A stretch of DNA of 64,000 nucleotides from Azolla caroliniana (taxonomy: Eukaryota > Plantae > Polypodiophyta): assembly GCA_043228905.1 (NCBI GenBank), contig JBHGNT010000002.1:20398001-20462000 (forward strand), written 5' to 3'. The notes beneath the pieces were generated by a model. That model saw only the letters and a list, made by a program, of their open reading frames with translations, made no database searches and was not told where the DNA came from. A program made the translations under genes and the position numbers. This document shows positions 46,701-60,400 of the stretch, piece after piece (the first letter of the stretch is position 1; each line of letters begins with the position of its first letter).

Positions 46701-47638
46701 CTTCACCGGCAAGGTTCAGCTCCCTCTCTTCGGTAATGAGCATTATCTCTTCTTCACTTGCTGCGAGTGCCGTCGTTCCTTTCCGGTCCTGCCCTCGCCG
46801 ATCCGGACCTCTCGGTCCGTGGCTCCCCGGTATGCACCGTTTCTCTCCGGTGACTTCTTCGAATCGGTGTCGTCGGCTCCGTTGTCCTTTCGGTAATGCC
46901 GACAATTCTTCCGGAAGTGCCCCGGCTTCCCACAGTGGAAGCATGTGGGCCTTCCTCTTGACTGCGACCGGGTCCCCGACTTCTCCCGTCTTTGCGGACT
47001 CCGGTTCCATTGTCTTCCCCGATCCGATTCGGTAAGCAGCATCTTCGGATCGGAAACCGGTTCTTTATCTCTCCGACGCGCTTCTTCGTTCGAAATGCTT
47101 GTCTTTACCGTTTGTAGAGACAAGTTATCTTCGGTGCAGGAGGTGCTGAGAGTCACCACCAAGTTCTCCCAGCTTTCCGGCAATGTACACATCAGAATGA
47201 TGGCTTGCATTGCATCCTCCAACGGGAACTTGATCGCCGCAAGCTGGTTCACGAATCCCATGAACGTGCTTACGTGTTCCACCATACTCTCGCCGTCCCG
47301 GTACTTGAGGTTCACTATCTTCCTCATCAGGGAGGTCCGGTTCAACGCATTCTTCCTCTCGTAGAGGCCCGACAGCTTCCGCCACATCTCATATGCGTTG
47401 GTGTCGTTCGCCACATGTTGTAGAACACTCACGTCGACGTATTGCCGAATGGTTGCAACGGCTTTCCGGTTCAGAAGCCTCCATTCCGTCTCAAGTACCC
47501 CCTTGGGTATTTCCGACCTGTCGATCGGTTCATACAGGTCCCGAACAATGAGCAGATCCTCCATCTTTATCTTCCAGTCGGCGTAGTTCTGCGCATTCAG
47601 CACCATCATCCCCGGCTGCCCGCTGCTGCCGCCTTCCA
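43758..47638 (-). pseudogene. Copia gag-pol polyprotein with two frameshifts and an in-frame deletion at the RT/RNase H junction
   Basis: Split over ORFs 46743-47741, 45121-47010 and 43758-45158; the SQ..Y...YAMVCTRPDI segment is absent around 44350-44390. Confidence 0.85.
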
Positions 47639-49677
47639 TTTTCTGCACTGCCGTCGCTCTGATACCACTTGTTGAACCCAGTGCTCGGCCACAACCGAGG
47701 AATAGGATTAACTCACAGAAAACAGGAAATACAAAATGCACGTAGACAATAGAGAGAAGAGTACACTGGATGTTTTACGTGGAAAGCCCTAAATGGGAAA
47801 AACCACGGGAGTCCTCAAACTCCAACTATCACTACAAACAGAGATGTACAATGGTGAGGCTACAAGGCAACAACCTTGAGCTCACTGTCTTCGCCACAGG
47901 CGGCGGTAATACACAGAGGCAACGACCTCTTCGTCTCTCTCCCTCTCGGCTACTCACTTCACTCCCTCTAAGTGAAAACAAGAAAACTTAGCAACAACGT
48001 AAAACTGTTTGCCCTAAGTCATATTTATACACATATGACTTTCGGGCTATTTACAAATATAGCCTCAAGGGCCCTTGGCAAACATATTCACAAATATGTC
48101 CCCGCATCCGGATCTCTCTCCGGGTACATTCGTCATTCAGCTCCGTAGCCGGGGTCTTCATCACCCGGCTCCGTAACCGGGGTCTTCATCATCCGGCTCC
48201 GTAGCCGAGGTCTTCATCATCCGGCTCCGTAGCCGGGGTCTTCATCATCCAGCTCCGTAACCGGGGTCTTCATCATCCGGCTCCGTAGCCGGGGTCTTCA
48301 TCATCCGATTCCCGGACATCCGACCATCCCATCCGGAGGGACCGTAATCCCAACAATATGATCTCATTCTAGCAAGGGAAAACCAAGGTTTGTATCATCA
48401 TGGTGTCGCAGATATGCGCGCGCTTGTGTTCAAACGGGGAGGGACCATTGGGGTCTCGAACCAAGGAACCAGTGAGAGAAGAAGGTAGTATGGGTCGGTT
48501 TCCAGATAACTTCGCCGGATCGGTTTCCGGACATGTACCAAATCCGGATCGACTCCCGGACTCCGAACTGTAAGCGGATTGTCTCAGAATCGAATACTGT
48601 TCCGAACCGGTTGCCAGATAGCGACGAAGAGCACACAGACTCACGTACTTAGAATGGCTCACGTACTCGGAAACGGACACTCAAACGGAAATAGAACAGA
48701 GACAAGGACTCGCGGATGCGGAGACACTCAGTAAGTTAATGATTAACAGAGAACATAGAGGGAATACAACCGGCCACGACTGACAGTAGAGCTTCGAGCT
48801 CTACACAAGCAAACACACACACATATATTTTATTTCCTCTCTTTGATGGGACATTAAAGTACCCATCAAAATCTTATTCCCTAGTACTTACTAGTCCTAT
48901 GTTATTTATACATATTTGTACACAACTTTGTTTCCATCTAGGCACACCCTCATTCCCTCACTCTTCGGCTCCTTTTCTCCTAGTAGCCGGAATTCCCCAC
49001 GACATCCACCCCCGCCAAACCGCACATGGTGGTGATTCTGGCCCAGTCTTCACTTGTCCTCTCCCGAACCTTCATCAATTCGGTCCTCGTCGGACTTCGG
49101 CTCCTTGCTCTCGTCCGTGCTCCCAACCTCTTCCTCTGGATCTGGTCCGGCTTCATGACGCTTCTTGAAGGCCTTTATCCGCTTTCCGACAATTGGTACT
49201 ACTATCCCTGTTCCGTCGAGCTCTGCAAGGTGGTATGTTGCATTGTCGTTTACGCTCATTACCACATAAGGTCCAAACCACCGCTTCGCAAATTTTCAAG
49301 TCAACTGGTGCTGGTTGTCAAGGCTGTTGTCATAGACCAGCACCCAATCGCCTTCTTTGATCTCCTTCGGACGATGTCGGTGCATTCTGTCGAACAGGCA
49401 CTTGTTCTTTCTCCATGCTTCCTCCGCTCTCGTAGTCACTTGCTCGATGTTCTCCGGTCTTCACTCGAGTTGTTAGATCCGTGCCACCAATAGCTCTTAT
49501 CGGCTCATTTCCTCCAACCAGTCGACTACCATCCATGAAGAGATTGTCCGCTCCACCCGCATGATCAACTTCTGTCCGAACATGAGTTCAGCCGGCATGT
49601 ACCCAGTCACCGAACTATGCGTAGTTCGGTCGGCCCACAAAGCATAAGGAAGTAGTCTCGACCAGTTTTCGACCCGT

Positions 49678-50798
49678 TGTCGTGAAAAATCCGTTACTAC
49701 ATGCGGATCGTGAGGCGGAACCGCCGAGGTCCTGGACTAGAAGGATTCGAAGTTTGCACTAGCTTTAGCGAGAAAGTATTTAAGATAGATTGAAAGAGAG
49801 AGAGATTGAGATAAGATAGAACGCTTGACTTTCGATTGAGAGAGATTGAAATTTTGAGGAATAAGATATATCATCAATTGGATAACGAATTTTCTTCTTA
49901 TTAAATTCTTGATTAATACATAGCTCCCTTTGATCTTTTTTATCCACTCTTTTATAGATGCCCCCATGCATATGATGCATGTGAGGGTACAAGACATGCA
50001 TACAATGCACGAAATGCATGTGACACATGTTTGCCACTTGGCGCTCATGCATTACATGTGATGCATGATAACCATGTCACTCATTGAAGACCTAATATGA
50101 GAATTTACATGTGAAAGTATAGTGATAGAAAAAACATTTCTAAAGAAATGACTTGGCTTAGTGGTAAGTTTATTGTCTCCTATCTTGGAGGTGCAAGGTT
50201 CAAGCCTTGCTTGCATCCCTTTGTATACAAACTTTTACGAGGTTTTTTAGGCTAGATGATTTTGTTCGTTTCACACTGAAATAGTCGCAATCAACCTATT
50301 CGATCGATCCGTCTATCGGGTCCATTCGGTCCGCATCCAACCCGGTGATCCGGTTCCAGTGCCGTCTGGCTGGCCGGTTCGGTTCCATCATTGTCCGGTG
50401 CTGTCCAAAACCAACAAACTTGTTTGCATCCATTGGTCAAGTCATACAACTCCACCTTTCTATGCTCCAAACACATAGACATAATATAAAGAGATATGGG
50501 TCTGCTTATATACTCTAGGATCCTTATTTTTACTATCTATGTGGGATATCTCACAGTTTTGTTTTTCTCTTCTTCTTCGCAAACTTCATACCTACATAAC
50601 TTGACACTAAGTTGTCTGTTTCACATGTAGTAAAATGCATTTGGAAGCTCTTGAAGAAATCCATCTTCTCGTACCAAGGTATTAAACTAATATAAAGTAG
50701 TATCTTCACTATTATTTTTTCATATTGTGTGTGAAGTACCACACTCGATTTTGTACATTCCATGCAATTTTCACACCATTGCCAAAAATCTTCACGCA
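49678..50798 (-). mobile_element. LTR of the Trp-primed family inserted in the integrase region
   Basis: Both ends match the reverse complement of 60663-61557. The flanking integrase lacks a segment, so there is no clean TSD. Confidence 0.8.
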
Positions 50799-50992
50799 CC
50801 TGTACCGGCAGATTACCTCCTCGACCAAGAACCTACAAACCATGGCAACCGTCTTATTCGGCAACACACAACCCTCCACCTAGTTTGTCGGGTCCTCTCA
50901 TGCAAGCACTAAGTATCGCATCTGCCCTACCCCCATTGGCATCATCACTAAATCGACCATCCACTTAAAGTGAATGGTTGGTGGGTAGGTCG

Positions 50993-51449
50993 TGTTACGG
51001 GCATGACCATATAATATCTCGTGGTGAGAATTTACCGTAGTATTCTATACACGTGGATAAGTGTGAGGGTTAAACGAGAGCATAAAGAAGGGGAGGATTA
51101 CTTTTAATCCTCGGGATTGAGACAACCCATTAGGCCAAGTGTGAACTTGCCTAGGGGCCTTGGGTATCGCTATAAATAAGAGGCCTAGCTACCCTCATTT
51201 GATCATCTTTTGACTACATCGAGACTCTGTTCTTGTGGTGGGTCAACTCTTGTAGCGAGCGCTAGAGCACCAGGTTCGACTCGACGCCACGTCTGTGGTA
51301 TGGGACGCCGATCGAGGCTCGAGTTCGTCTCGATCCCTTCGCTTGGGGGTGGTCGGGTGGATCGGCACCCTTCTTTCTCTCTCTCCTTTCTATCTATCTA
51401 TCTATATTCTATCCTTATCTAATGCTTACATTAGTTCATGTCTCTAATA
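50993..51449 (+). mobile_element. Solo LTR
   Basis: TGTTACGG...CTAATA; ctataaata at ~51170; near-TSD GGTCG/GGTTG; the host integrase reads RHRDELYS|TYPPTIHFKW across it. Confidence 0.75.
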
Positions 51450-53158
51450 GGTTGAGTATAACTCATCTCGGTGTCGGATTCCGGAATGCATTTGGCACCT
51501 TTCACATATTGTCACGAAGTGGTGCACGTCACGATACAGTCTCGGCCACTAGTACTTCTCCTTAAGCTTCTCGAACGTGGCCCACGTGCCCTGGTGTCCA
51601 GACCAAGGGCTTTCCTGAAATTCCGACACCAGCACCACCTAGTCCTCCATCATCACCACCCAAAGTGGTGTGCCGGTCCGTTTCTTCGGTTGCCTCCATA
51701 TCATGCCATTCCATAGGAAGAACGCTTTCTTCCTAATCCGGCCCACTTCCTCCTTCGTCCACGACGCATTTGATGCCATTGTGCTTAGGAACTTACCGAT
51801 CCAGAGCCACTCCCCGTCGTAGTCATTCTCGTCGAACTCGTTTAGGGCCGGAGTGTTTCGTTCATTCGCCGACATTTGAGCCAACTCGAAGAAGTCCTTG
51901 CCGACTTCTTCATCTTCTGACACCATGCGGTCCTCGTTCTCGAACCGTGCCCTCAACAACATATCAACCATGGCGTTGTCCTTTTCGGAGATGTGTTGTA
52001 TCTCCGGATTTAGATACTTGATGTACGTTATCCACCTGAGCATCACGAAGTCCGGAGTCGCGCATCTGAATACCATACCGAGAATCGGTAGGTAGTCCAT
52101 CTCTATGATTACCTCTGTCCTGAACAAATAATCTTTATTGGCCTTGACCACCAAAACGATACCCCATAGTTCTCATTTAACCTAGGCGTATCCTCACTGC
52201 CGCACACTTAACACCTTCGCACCGAACCGGATGAGGAACCGCGTGTCGGCTTCGTCTTCCTAATTGTCCGCCCACCCATTCCAGTCAGACTTGTGTCCAC
52301 CATCACGTAGACAGGAGTGTCCGCCTTGTATACTGCTTTCCGGAGAGCCAGGGCCACCGTGAGCATTTCCTTTAGTCTCCGAACCGCCTTCGTGTGCTCT
52401 TTTCCCCATTCGAATTTCCGCCCTTTCTTCAGTAAGTCGTAGAGTGGCTCGGTGATATGCATGTAGTGCGTGATTCATATGTGGTAAAAGGTGCATGCCC
52501 CCAGGAATCGTCGAATTTTCCGTGACTGACCCCGACATGCACTCTTCCCTCATTGCCGAGATGGCCTCTACCTTTGTCGGAGACGGCTTTCGACCATATG
52601 GTCCTCATAGGTGACCGACCACCAGGATCTCCAATTGTCCGGAAGCCAACTTCTCCCTGGAGAAGGTAAGCCGAGCACCCTCAAGCCTTTGTAGTATCTT
52701 CTCGCAGTCGGAGATGTGGTCCGCGACAAACCTCTGACACCCATCCACTCCGAGCGATTCTTCCTTTACATCCTCCAGACATCCCTTGATCAAGATGTCA
52801 TCCAAAAATGGCATGGTGATGTCCGGGATGTAGTCCCTCAACACTTTGTTCATTGCATTCACCATGTGTGCCACTCAATTGGTTCCTCCTTGTGGTATGG
52901 TACACATACGAACTAGGCCGAGAGGGGTTCGCATCATTGTGATGTCTCTACTCTCCATGGCTAACGGTCATACCCGGAGAATAAGTCATCGATCTAGTAG
53001 ATAGAACTTTTGGCGAAGGCCTACACAAACTCATCGATCGTCCGACCGACTCCTGCATTTCGAATGGTCACATTGTTGATTGGTTGCAAGTCCTTGATAA
53101 ACCGCAATGTGCAGTTTTTCTTTGGCCACCGTAAACCACCAATTGGAGTACGGGGCGC

Positions 53159-53667
53159 TCGACAGTTCGAGGATACCCATATTGACCTTCTCCTTGAGAA
53201 ACTCCATCAACTTCAAGATGTGAGCTCTCAGTACTGGAATCGGTTTGAGATTCCACGGTACATACGGTACCGTCAAGACCACCATTGGTTCTCTGATTGT
53301 CGGGTTGACACACCCGATCTCCCCCGGCGAGAACCCGAAGGCTTTCCCGTGCCTTCCAAGAATCCTCCGAAACTAGTCCTCTGTGGGCAGTAGGAAGCCA
53401 CACCCACCGTATCGACAGTTCGAGGATACCCATATTGACCTTCTCCTTGAGAAACTCCATCAACTTCAAGATGTGAGCTCTCAGTACTGGAATCGGTTTG
53501 AGATTCCACGGTACATACGGTACCGTCAAGACCACCATTGGTTCTCTGATTGTCGGGTTGACACACCCGATCTCCCCCGGCGAGAACCCGAAGGCTTTCC
53601 CGTGCCTTCCAAGAATCCTCCGAAACTAGTCCTCTGTGGGCAGTAGGAAGCCACACCCACCGTATCG
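53159..53667. repeat. Apparently perfect 253-bp tandem duplication in the RT region
   Basis: tcgacagttcgaggataccc... at 53159 and 53412; TCG microhomology at the junction. Confidence 0.92.
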
Positions 53668-54855
53668 TCTCGTTAGTGAACCGGTGTCCTATGCCAGCCG
53701 GATCTCACAAACTCAGATCGGTTGCGACCCCTTTCATTCGCCCTTGGTTGTCCTCTGGCAAGGGAGCTACGAATGGTCTCACCTTCTGGTCCACGGTCTT
53801 TTACTTCGTGCTTACTAGGGCCATTCGACCCGACCCAACCATCCTCCCCAAGTCCGCGATGACTTCGTACATTTCGACCGAACCGACCAAAATAATCCGA
53901 TCTTCGCGTAGATCCTCTTCGGCTACCCTCTCGATCTCCCCGAGGGTGTCATCAAATGAGACTGCCTCAATGGCGCCAACAATCTCTTCATCCGGGCCCA
54001 AGGCTTCGCATGCCTTCAAGCGCCCTTCGACCCGCCTTCTTTTCCGGCCACCGATGCCGGTTGTAGTACTACCTCCGCTTTCTGAAAGCCGAAACTTCCT
54101 ACTTAATAATGTACATGTGTTGGGTTTCTTCTGGATGTCTGGACTATCGCAACCCCACGACTTGATAGCTCTCTCTACAAATCCTCTCAGACTTTGCCAT
54201 CGAGAGAATCCCAATTCCTTTTGTGGTTCGGCCAGACCGTCAAGAAATGGACGGAATGCCGAGCATCCTGGTTCTTCACACGCACGTAGGCCGAGCCGTT
54301 GTCCAACACCTTGGTTTCCATCCGAACCAAAGTGACGCAGGGTTCTTCGAGAATCGTCGGATGGGAGGATGTCTCCTGCATGAATAAGTGTTGGTCGATC
54401 TCGACATCCCCAACCTTCACTCGGACATTCGGGCACGCTCCGTGTAGCTCTTCCGTGGCTCAGGTTGCAACACATATCTTCCACCCATGCTTGGTGTTGA
54501 TCGGCCACTTACCCGTCTCGTAGAAGTCCATGGACATTAGGTTGATCAACGCTACCATCGGCTCCTTCACATCCTCAATCCGGACTGGGGTTTCCGTCGT
54601 CGCTCTTGCCTAGTGCGGCTTAAAGAACTGGCTATCCGAAAACCCTTCTTCCATCGCCACCTCTTCAACGTGGGCTACCCTCACCTCAATCGGCTTCTCC
54701 AGCTCTAGCTCCGTCGAGAGCCGCTTCCTTTTAACAAGGTCGATGATGGAGTCATGAAACTCCTCAACGATCCCGAGCACTTCCCTTAGTGAGTGTTCCA
54801 TCTGGCTATCAAGGATCTGCTCCTCTAAGCCCTTTCAAAGGTTGGTTGTCTTCTC

Positions 54856-55389
54856 TGTTACCCCGTACGAGATGTACGGAGAGTCAAGTGTGATGATCGA
54901 GGGTCGAATGTTATCATGATATTGTTGTGTATGTGTAGGAGGCATAAATGTAATTGTGAGTCGATACGTATGTGAACACATGCACAAGTGTGTGCATGTG
55001 GATGGATACGAGGAGGTGTGAGTGAGTGTCCAGTATGAATGCTCGAGGGGGCCTACACCCCTATGTATCTACCCCCTCTTGTACTATTTAACCCCTTATG
55101 GGGAATGAATGAAAAATGAATGAACATTTCTCTCTTAATCTCTCTCTCCCTCTCTTGTCATCTCTCTCTCCCTCTCTCTCTCTCCCCTTTAACGTTGAAC
55201 CCCTTGGGAGGGGGGTGGAGCCATTCTAGGCACCACCCCCCACCCCGCAATGCTTCTCAATGATTCTCAATATCTTCATCTCAATCTCTCTCACCATCAT
55301 TCTCTCCACCATCTTCACTATTCCACCATTTCTATCTTCGTCATCGATGATCATCATTACCATTAACCCTAACCCTAAAACCTACAACA
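54856..55389 (+). mobile_element. Solo LTR, family 'B'
   Basis: TGTTACC...CTACAACA with exact 5-bp TSD TTCTC; ctatttaa followed by a CT-rich tract. Confidence 0.92.
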
Positions 55390-57254
55390 TTCTCAATCTC
55401 CGAGCTCAATCGGAAGCTCGAGAACTTTGCCTTCTCCTGTGAGCCGGCCGGACCCCCATCATTTCTCTTCGGTTCACTCCGGGTTTCATAACTGTTAGAA
55501 GGCATGGCCCCTCCAACCTTCCTAGCTCGCTTGTCTTCAACCAGAACCTCGTAGTTCTCGCACGCAGCTTCTATGAAGCCAATTTTCTCCTCGATCGGAT
55601 CGTACCATCTGGTGACCTCTTGGACCAGCTTCTCTGCACGGTCTGCATCCTCCTTGACCAACTTCTTTCCAGAGAACCCTTCTAGCACCACCGACCAGAA
55701 TCCGGTGTTCTTCTTCTTCCTGTTATCCCCTTCAACCTGAATACCAGTCGATGCCGACTAATGGACGGTCTCTGCGTGCCGTGTTGCAGCTTCTTCCATC
55801 AGCCTTTTCATCCCGCCCTAGTCGATATTCAGCTCTAGGGGTTTCCGGGTCTCGCACGCATATACCCATCTGTTGCATAAGTACACTACATTGCTCGTGA
55901 GAGCGTCGGCGAAGTGAGCGCAGTCTCTCCAGATGTGGCCGACAACATCGCACCACGTGCATCTTTGGTCTACGGGCGGGCGTCAATCGTGTGATTGGTT
56001 GTCGCCTTCCCTCAAGGCCTGAGCAATCTAGAGATCTCTCACCATCTTCGTTAGCTCCTCGAGAGCCACGCCCTCGGATGGGCCCTTGACCACGTTGGTC
56101 GGAACCACGCCCAACTCGAGCCAACTTCATGTTTCCTCTGATCATGTCAGAATCAGTTCTTCTGGCTTCTTCCCGGCAGCTGAGTCATTCCATTCATGCC
56201 GTTTGTCAAAACGGCTACAAACCCTTTTTACCACGGCCCAATCATTCATGAGCCCTTCATCTGTCTCCAATAGGAGACCCACCTTCTCCTGATCAAGCAC
56301 ATCGACCAATTTGATAAACAACAGGACCTTGCTCGTATCAAGCACGGTCCGGTCCAATACCAAAAGGCGTGCTAATGGAGTGGGTCGAGGACCCTAGAAA
56401 GGGGAGGAGCGCCAAAGTGTTCCTCCCCTTTCCTGGGTCCTCTACTCACTCCATTAGCTCCCTCTTCAATAACCGGAGCGAGTCGTCCAAACCGTATCTT
56501 TCAAGGAGTCTCTCATCAAACTCCAGCCAACTCCGGCAATCCACCTACATCTCGAGCACCTCTGCCTAGATGTTTGGCGTAACTACCCGGGAAATGCGAA
56601 CAACCTTCTATCGTCCAAAACGTCTCTCATCAGCATCTCAGCCTTGAAGGCCTCTAGGTAGTTCGTGACGTCCTTCCCGTTGAATCAGCCTGTCATGATG
56701 ATAATGTTTCCATGGCTCTATTGAGGCCACTAGTACTCTCATGAGTGTTAACCAGGCAGTCGACAGTCACTGCCATTGCTTCCATAAGTTTGCTTCCCCT
56801 CATTTTTGAGCTCCTTTGCCGCCCTTTTTCACGTGGGGTTCACCAAAGATGTCTCGGATATCCTCGGGCTTGTGTTGAAATGGGGCGGGACCACCGGGGT
56901 CTCAAACCAAGGAGCCGGTGAGAGAAGAAGGTAGTTCGGGTTGGTTTCCGGATAACTTCGCCGGATCAGTTTCCAAACACATACCAAATCCAGATCGCCT
57001 CCCCGACTTCGGATGGTGACCGGACTGGCTTAGAATTGAATATTGTTCCGGACCGATTGCTGGATAGTGGTGAAGAGCTTGTGCTCACGCACTTGGAATG
57101 GCTCACGTACTCGAAAACGCACACTCAAATGAAAATAGAGCAGAGACAAGGACTCGCAGATGCGCAACACATAGAGACACTGAGTAAATTAATGATTAAC
57201 AGAGAACAGAGAGGGAATACAACCGGCCACGGCCGACAACAAAGGTTCAAGCTC

Positions 57255-57300
<46 letters not shown>

Positions 57301-57465
57301 CGGGCCTCTGGTCGGGAGCACGGGGGCTTCCTACGTGACCAGAGGACACCACCTTCTTTCGAAAACAACATAAAACATGAAACGGAGGGAACGGCAGAGC
57401 CCGGATCTCAAACCGACAGCACTTCGTCCTCCAAAATAGTGCATACCTTCTCCGTCTTTTTTCCC

Positions 57466-60400
57466 TATTGAGAATCGAACTCAACTTCCCATAGAGACAG
57501 TCTCCACACTAGCTAGTGAACATCATAGTAGGCTAGATTTGTAATTAGTAGAAAGGGCACTTGCCCTAGATTAGTTGGTATTTAAACCAACCTTTTGTAA
57601 CTTAGTTACTGTTGAATATAATATACAGTTTTCTCTTCTAGAGCTCTCTCCCTCTCTCTCTCATGTTCTCTCTTGTCTCACGTGCACATACACACAAACA
57701 GTCCTTCCGCTGCACAAAACCACTCTCGATTCTTTACATGGTATCAGAGCGTGTGGTAGGAGGATAGGAATAGTCCCAGAGAGTTCAGTAGAGGATAGGA
57801 ACCACTCCCACCAATGGTAAGAGGATAGGAACAGTCCCAGAGAGTTCAGTAGAAAGGGGAGCCACCCTGCCGGACCGAGCAATCGTAAGAGAGTTCAGTA
57901 TTGTGGAAAACACGGCCACTATGAAGAGGAGTGCAGAAAAAAGAAACAGGACTCGGCTTCGACTAGACGACAACTCATGAACTACGCGTCGAATTCCGAC
58001 TACAACGATCGTGGCGAGATATTCGTAATGAGGCATGAAGCACATTCAATGTCGGCACAAGCCCCGACTAGCACCTCTTCTTCAGATTGCATATGGTTTG
58101 TCGACTCGGGAGCATCCAATCACATGACGTCCCATACAGATTGGTTCCAAGAATTACAAAAGCTCGATCAACCCGACTATGTCGAAACCAGAGATGATAC
58201 GACTCACCCAATTCGGCATGTCAGAAATGTTCCATTCGGAAATGACAGCAAACAAACCCACCTTAAGAACGTCTTGCATGTCCCAGCCATCACAAAAAAT
58301 CTGGTCTCAGTCGGCCAGATTGTTGAACAAGGTATGCAACTACGATTCAATAATGAAGGGTGATTCATTGAAAAGGATGATCAAATCATAGTGCATGGTC
58401 ACCGAGAAGGCTGAATGTTCATCCTCGAATCAAAGGTGAAATCGGCTATGTTCGCAGAAGGCCACAAAATCGAAACCGACTTGAAATTGTGGCACAAGAG
58501 AATAGGCCACATCAATCCCCAAAAGCTCAAGAACATGCAGTCAAAAGGAGTCGTAATCGGACTCCCAACATTTACTGAGAAAGAGATTACGGGCATATGT
58601 AGGGCATGCCAATTCGGAAAACAACACCGACATCCATTCCCAAAAGAGAGGAATGTGAGTAACAGGATCCTGGATCTAGTACATTCAGATGTGTGGGGAT
58701 CTCGTGTCGACATACACCTCAGCAAAATGGTGTGGCCGAACAGAAGAATTGGCACATAGTAGAGGTTGTGCGGGCAATGATGAATGAGAAGAACCTGCCG
58801 AAATTGTACTGGGTAGAAGTAGTGAACACGGTCGTATATCTCATGAACAAGTGTACAACCTCTGGGGTACACGACGTAACCCCTCATGAGAGGTTTTATG
58901 GGAAGAAGCCAGATTTTCGGCTCAATCGCCTACGTGCATATTCTCGACGAGACGCAACAAAAGCTCGACCCGAAGTCGAAGAAATGTATCCATGTACGGT
59001 ACTCGCTCAAATAGAAGGGGTACAAATGTTACAACCCATCTACCTGAAAAGCTCGAGTGAGTCGAGATGTCTTTTTCGACGAATCGACATCCTGATACGA
59101 TCCAAAGATGACTCTGATTTCTACTCCAATCGACCCGGAATTGGCCGAACGAGAGATAGAAGACGAATTTTGACTCGGACACATTTAAGTCCGATTACGA
59201 CAAGGCTTAGTGGACCACGGGAGCCCCCAAGTGACCAAAGCACATCTCGGCTGAGTCTGAAACTCGACAAAGGGAAGGCCAAGATGACCGAATATGAAGA
59301 TCCAATCGACAACAAGTCAACTCACTCCCTTGATAGTGAGTTCAAAGGCTTGGACATCCCGATCATCCAGACAAATAGAGCAAAGAATGGATTAGTTTCC
59401 GCAAACGAGAAGCTACGTCAGTCCACCCGTGAAAAGAACCTTGTAAGCCGATTCAGCTATGATGAGTACATGGCATATCATTACACCTTTGTGATGAAGG
59501 TAGCAATTGTCTGAGAACCAAAAACACTTTCCAAAGCCGTGAAGGACCCACAATAGGCCGGCGCGATGAATGAAGAAATGTAGGCCTTGTGCAAAAACAA
59601 GACATGGGATCTTGTTCCCCATTCACCTCACAGGAAAGCGGTTTGTTGCTGATGGATCTATAAGGTCAAATACAATGCCAATGGCTCCGTAAATCGCATC
59701 AAAGCATGACTCGTTGCAAATGGATTCGCACAAATGCACAGAGTCGATTACGAGGAGACCTTTGGCCCGGTGGCAAAGATGACGACTGTGCGAACCGTAA
59801 TTGCACTTGCAGCTGCAAACGGATGGCATCTCCACCAAATGGACGTCAAGAATGTCTTTCTTCAAGATGAATTAGAAGAGGTATACATGGTACAACCACC
59901 CAGATTCGAATCAAAAAATCATCTGAAATCAGTCTGTAGACTAAAGAAGCCACTCTATGGCCTTAAGCAAGCACCGTGTGCTTGGCATTCGAAGATCACT
60001 CAATATCGTCATCAAATTGGCTTTCGAGTGTCCAAATCAGACAACTCCTTGTACATCCAAAACGAGTTGGACAACCAAATTGTCATCATCTTGTATGTGG
60101 ATGATATAGTAATCGAAGGAAAGGATCTCGCTAAGATTAATAAGGTAAAATCACTTCTATCTGACAGATTCGAAATGAAAGATATGCACAAGATCTATTA
60201 CTTCCTTGGTATCGAAGTAATTCAGACACCAGTTGCGATATTGATCACTCAACGGCACTACGTTCTCAACTTACTCTACAAGTTCGGAATGACCGAGTGC
60301 AAACTTGTGTCTACCCCTCTCAACCGAAATCTCAAGCTCGATGTCGAATTCGGGCACAACCAAGTGCGAGTTGACTCAGTACCAACAACTGATCGGCAGC

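Larger units (their letters stand above)
43062..48355 (-). mobile_element. Full-length young Ty1/Copia (Tnt1/Tork-like) LTR retrotransposon
   Basis: 686-bp LTRs (43062-43747, 47670-48355) with about 6 differences by eye; TSD ATATG; iMet PBS at ~47656-47667; PPT at 43748-43758; gag-PR-INT-RT-RH order (DSGAS, DNGGEY, YVDD, TDSD, RTKHI). Confidence 0.97.

Noticed and set aside
46780-46880. Programmed gag-pol frameshift in the Copia element
   Set aside because: Tnt1-like Copia elements normally have a single ORF, I see no clear slippery site, and the copy has other lesions.
44035-47675. Numerous plus-strand ORFs over the young Copia
   Set aside because: Antisense shadows of a GC-rich coding sequence with no recognisable motifs.
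50150-50225. Functional tRNA gene
   Set aside because: Has A/B-box-like motifs, but I cannot fold an acceptor stem or anticodon arm; reported only as a Pol III-like module.
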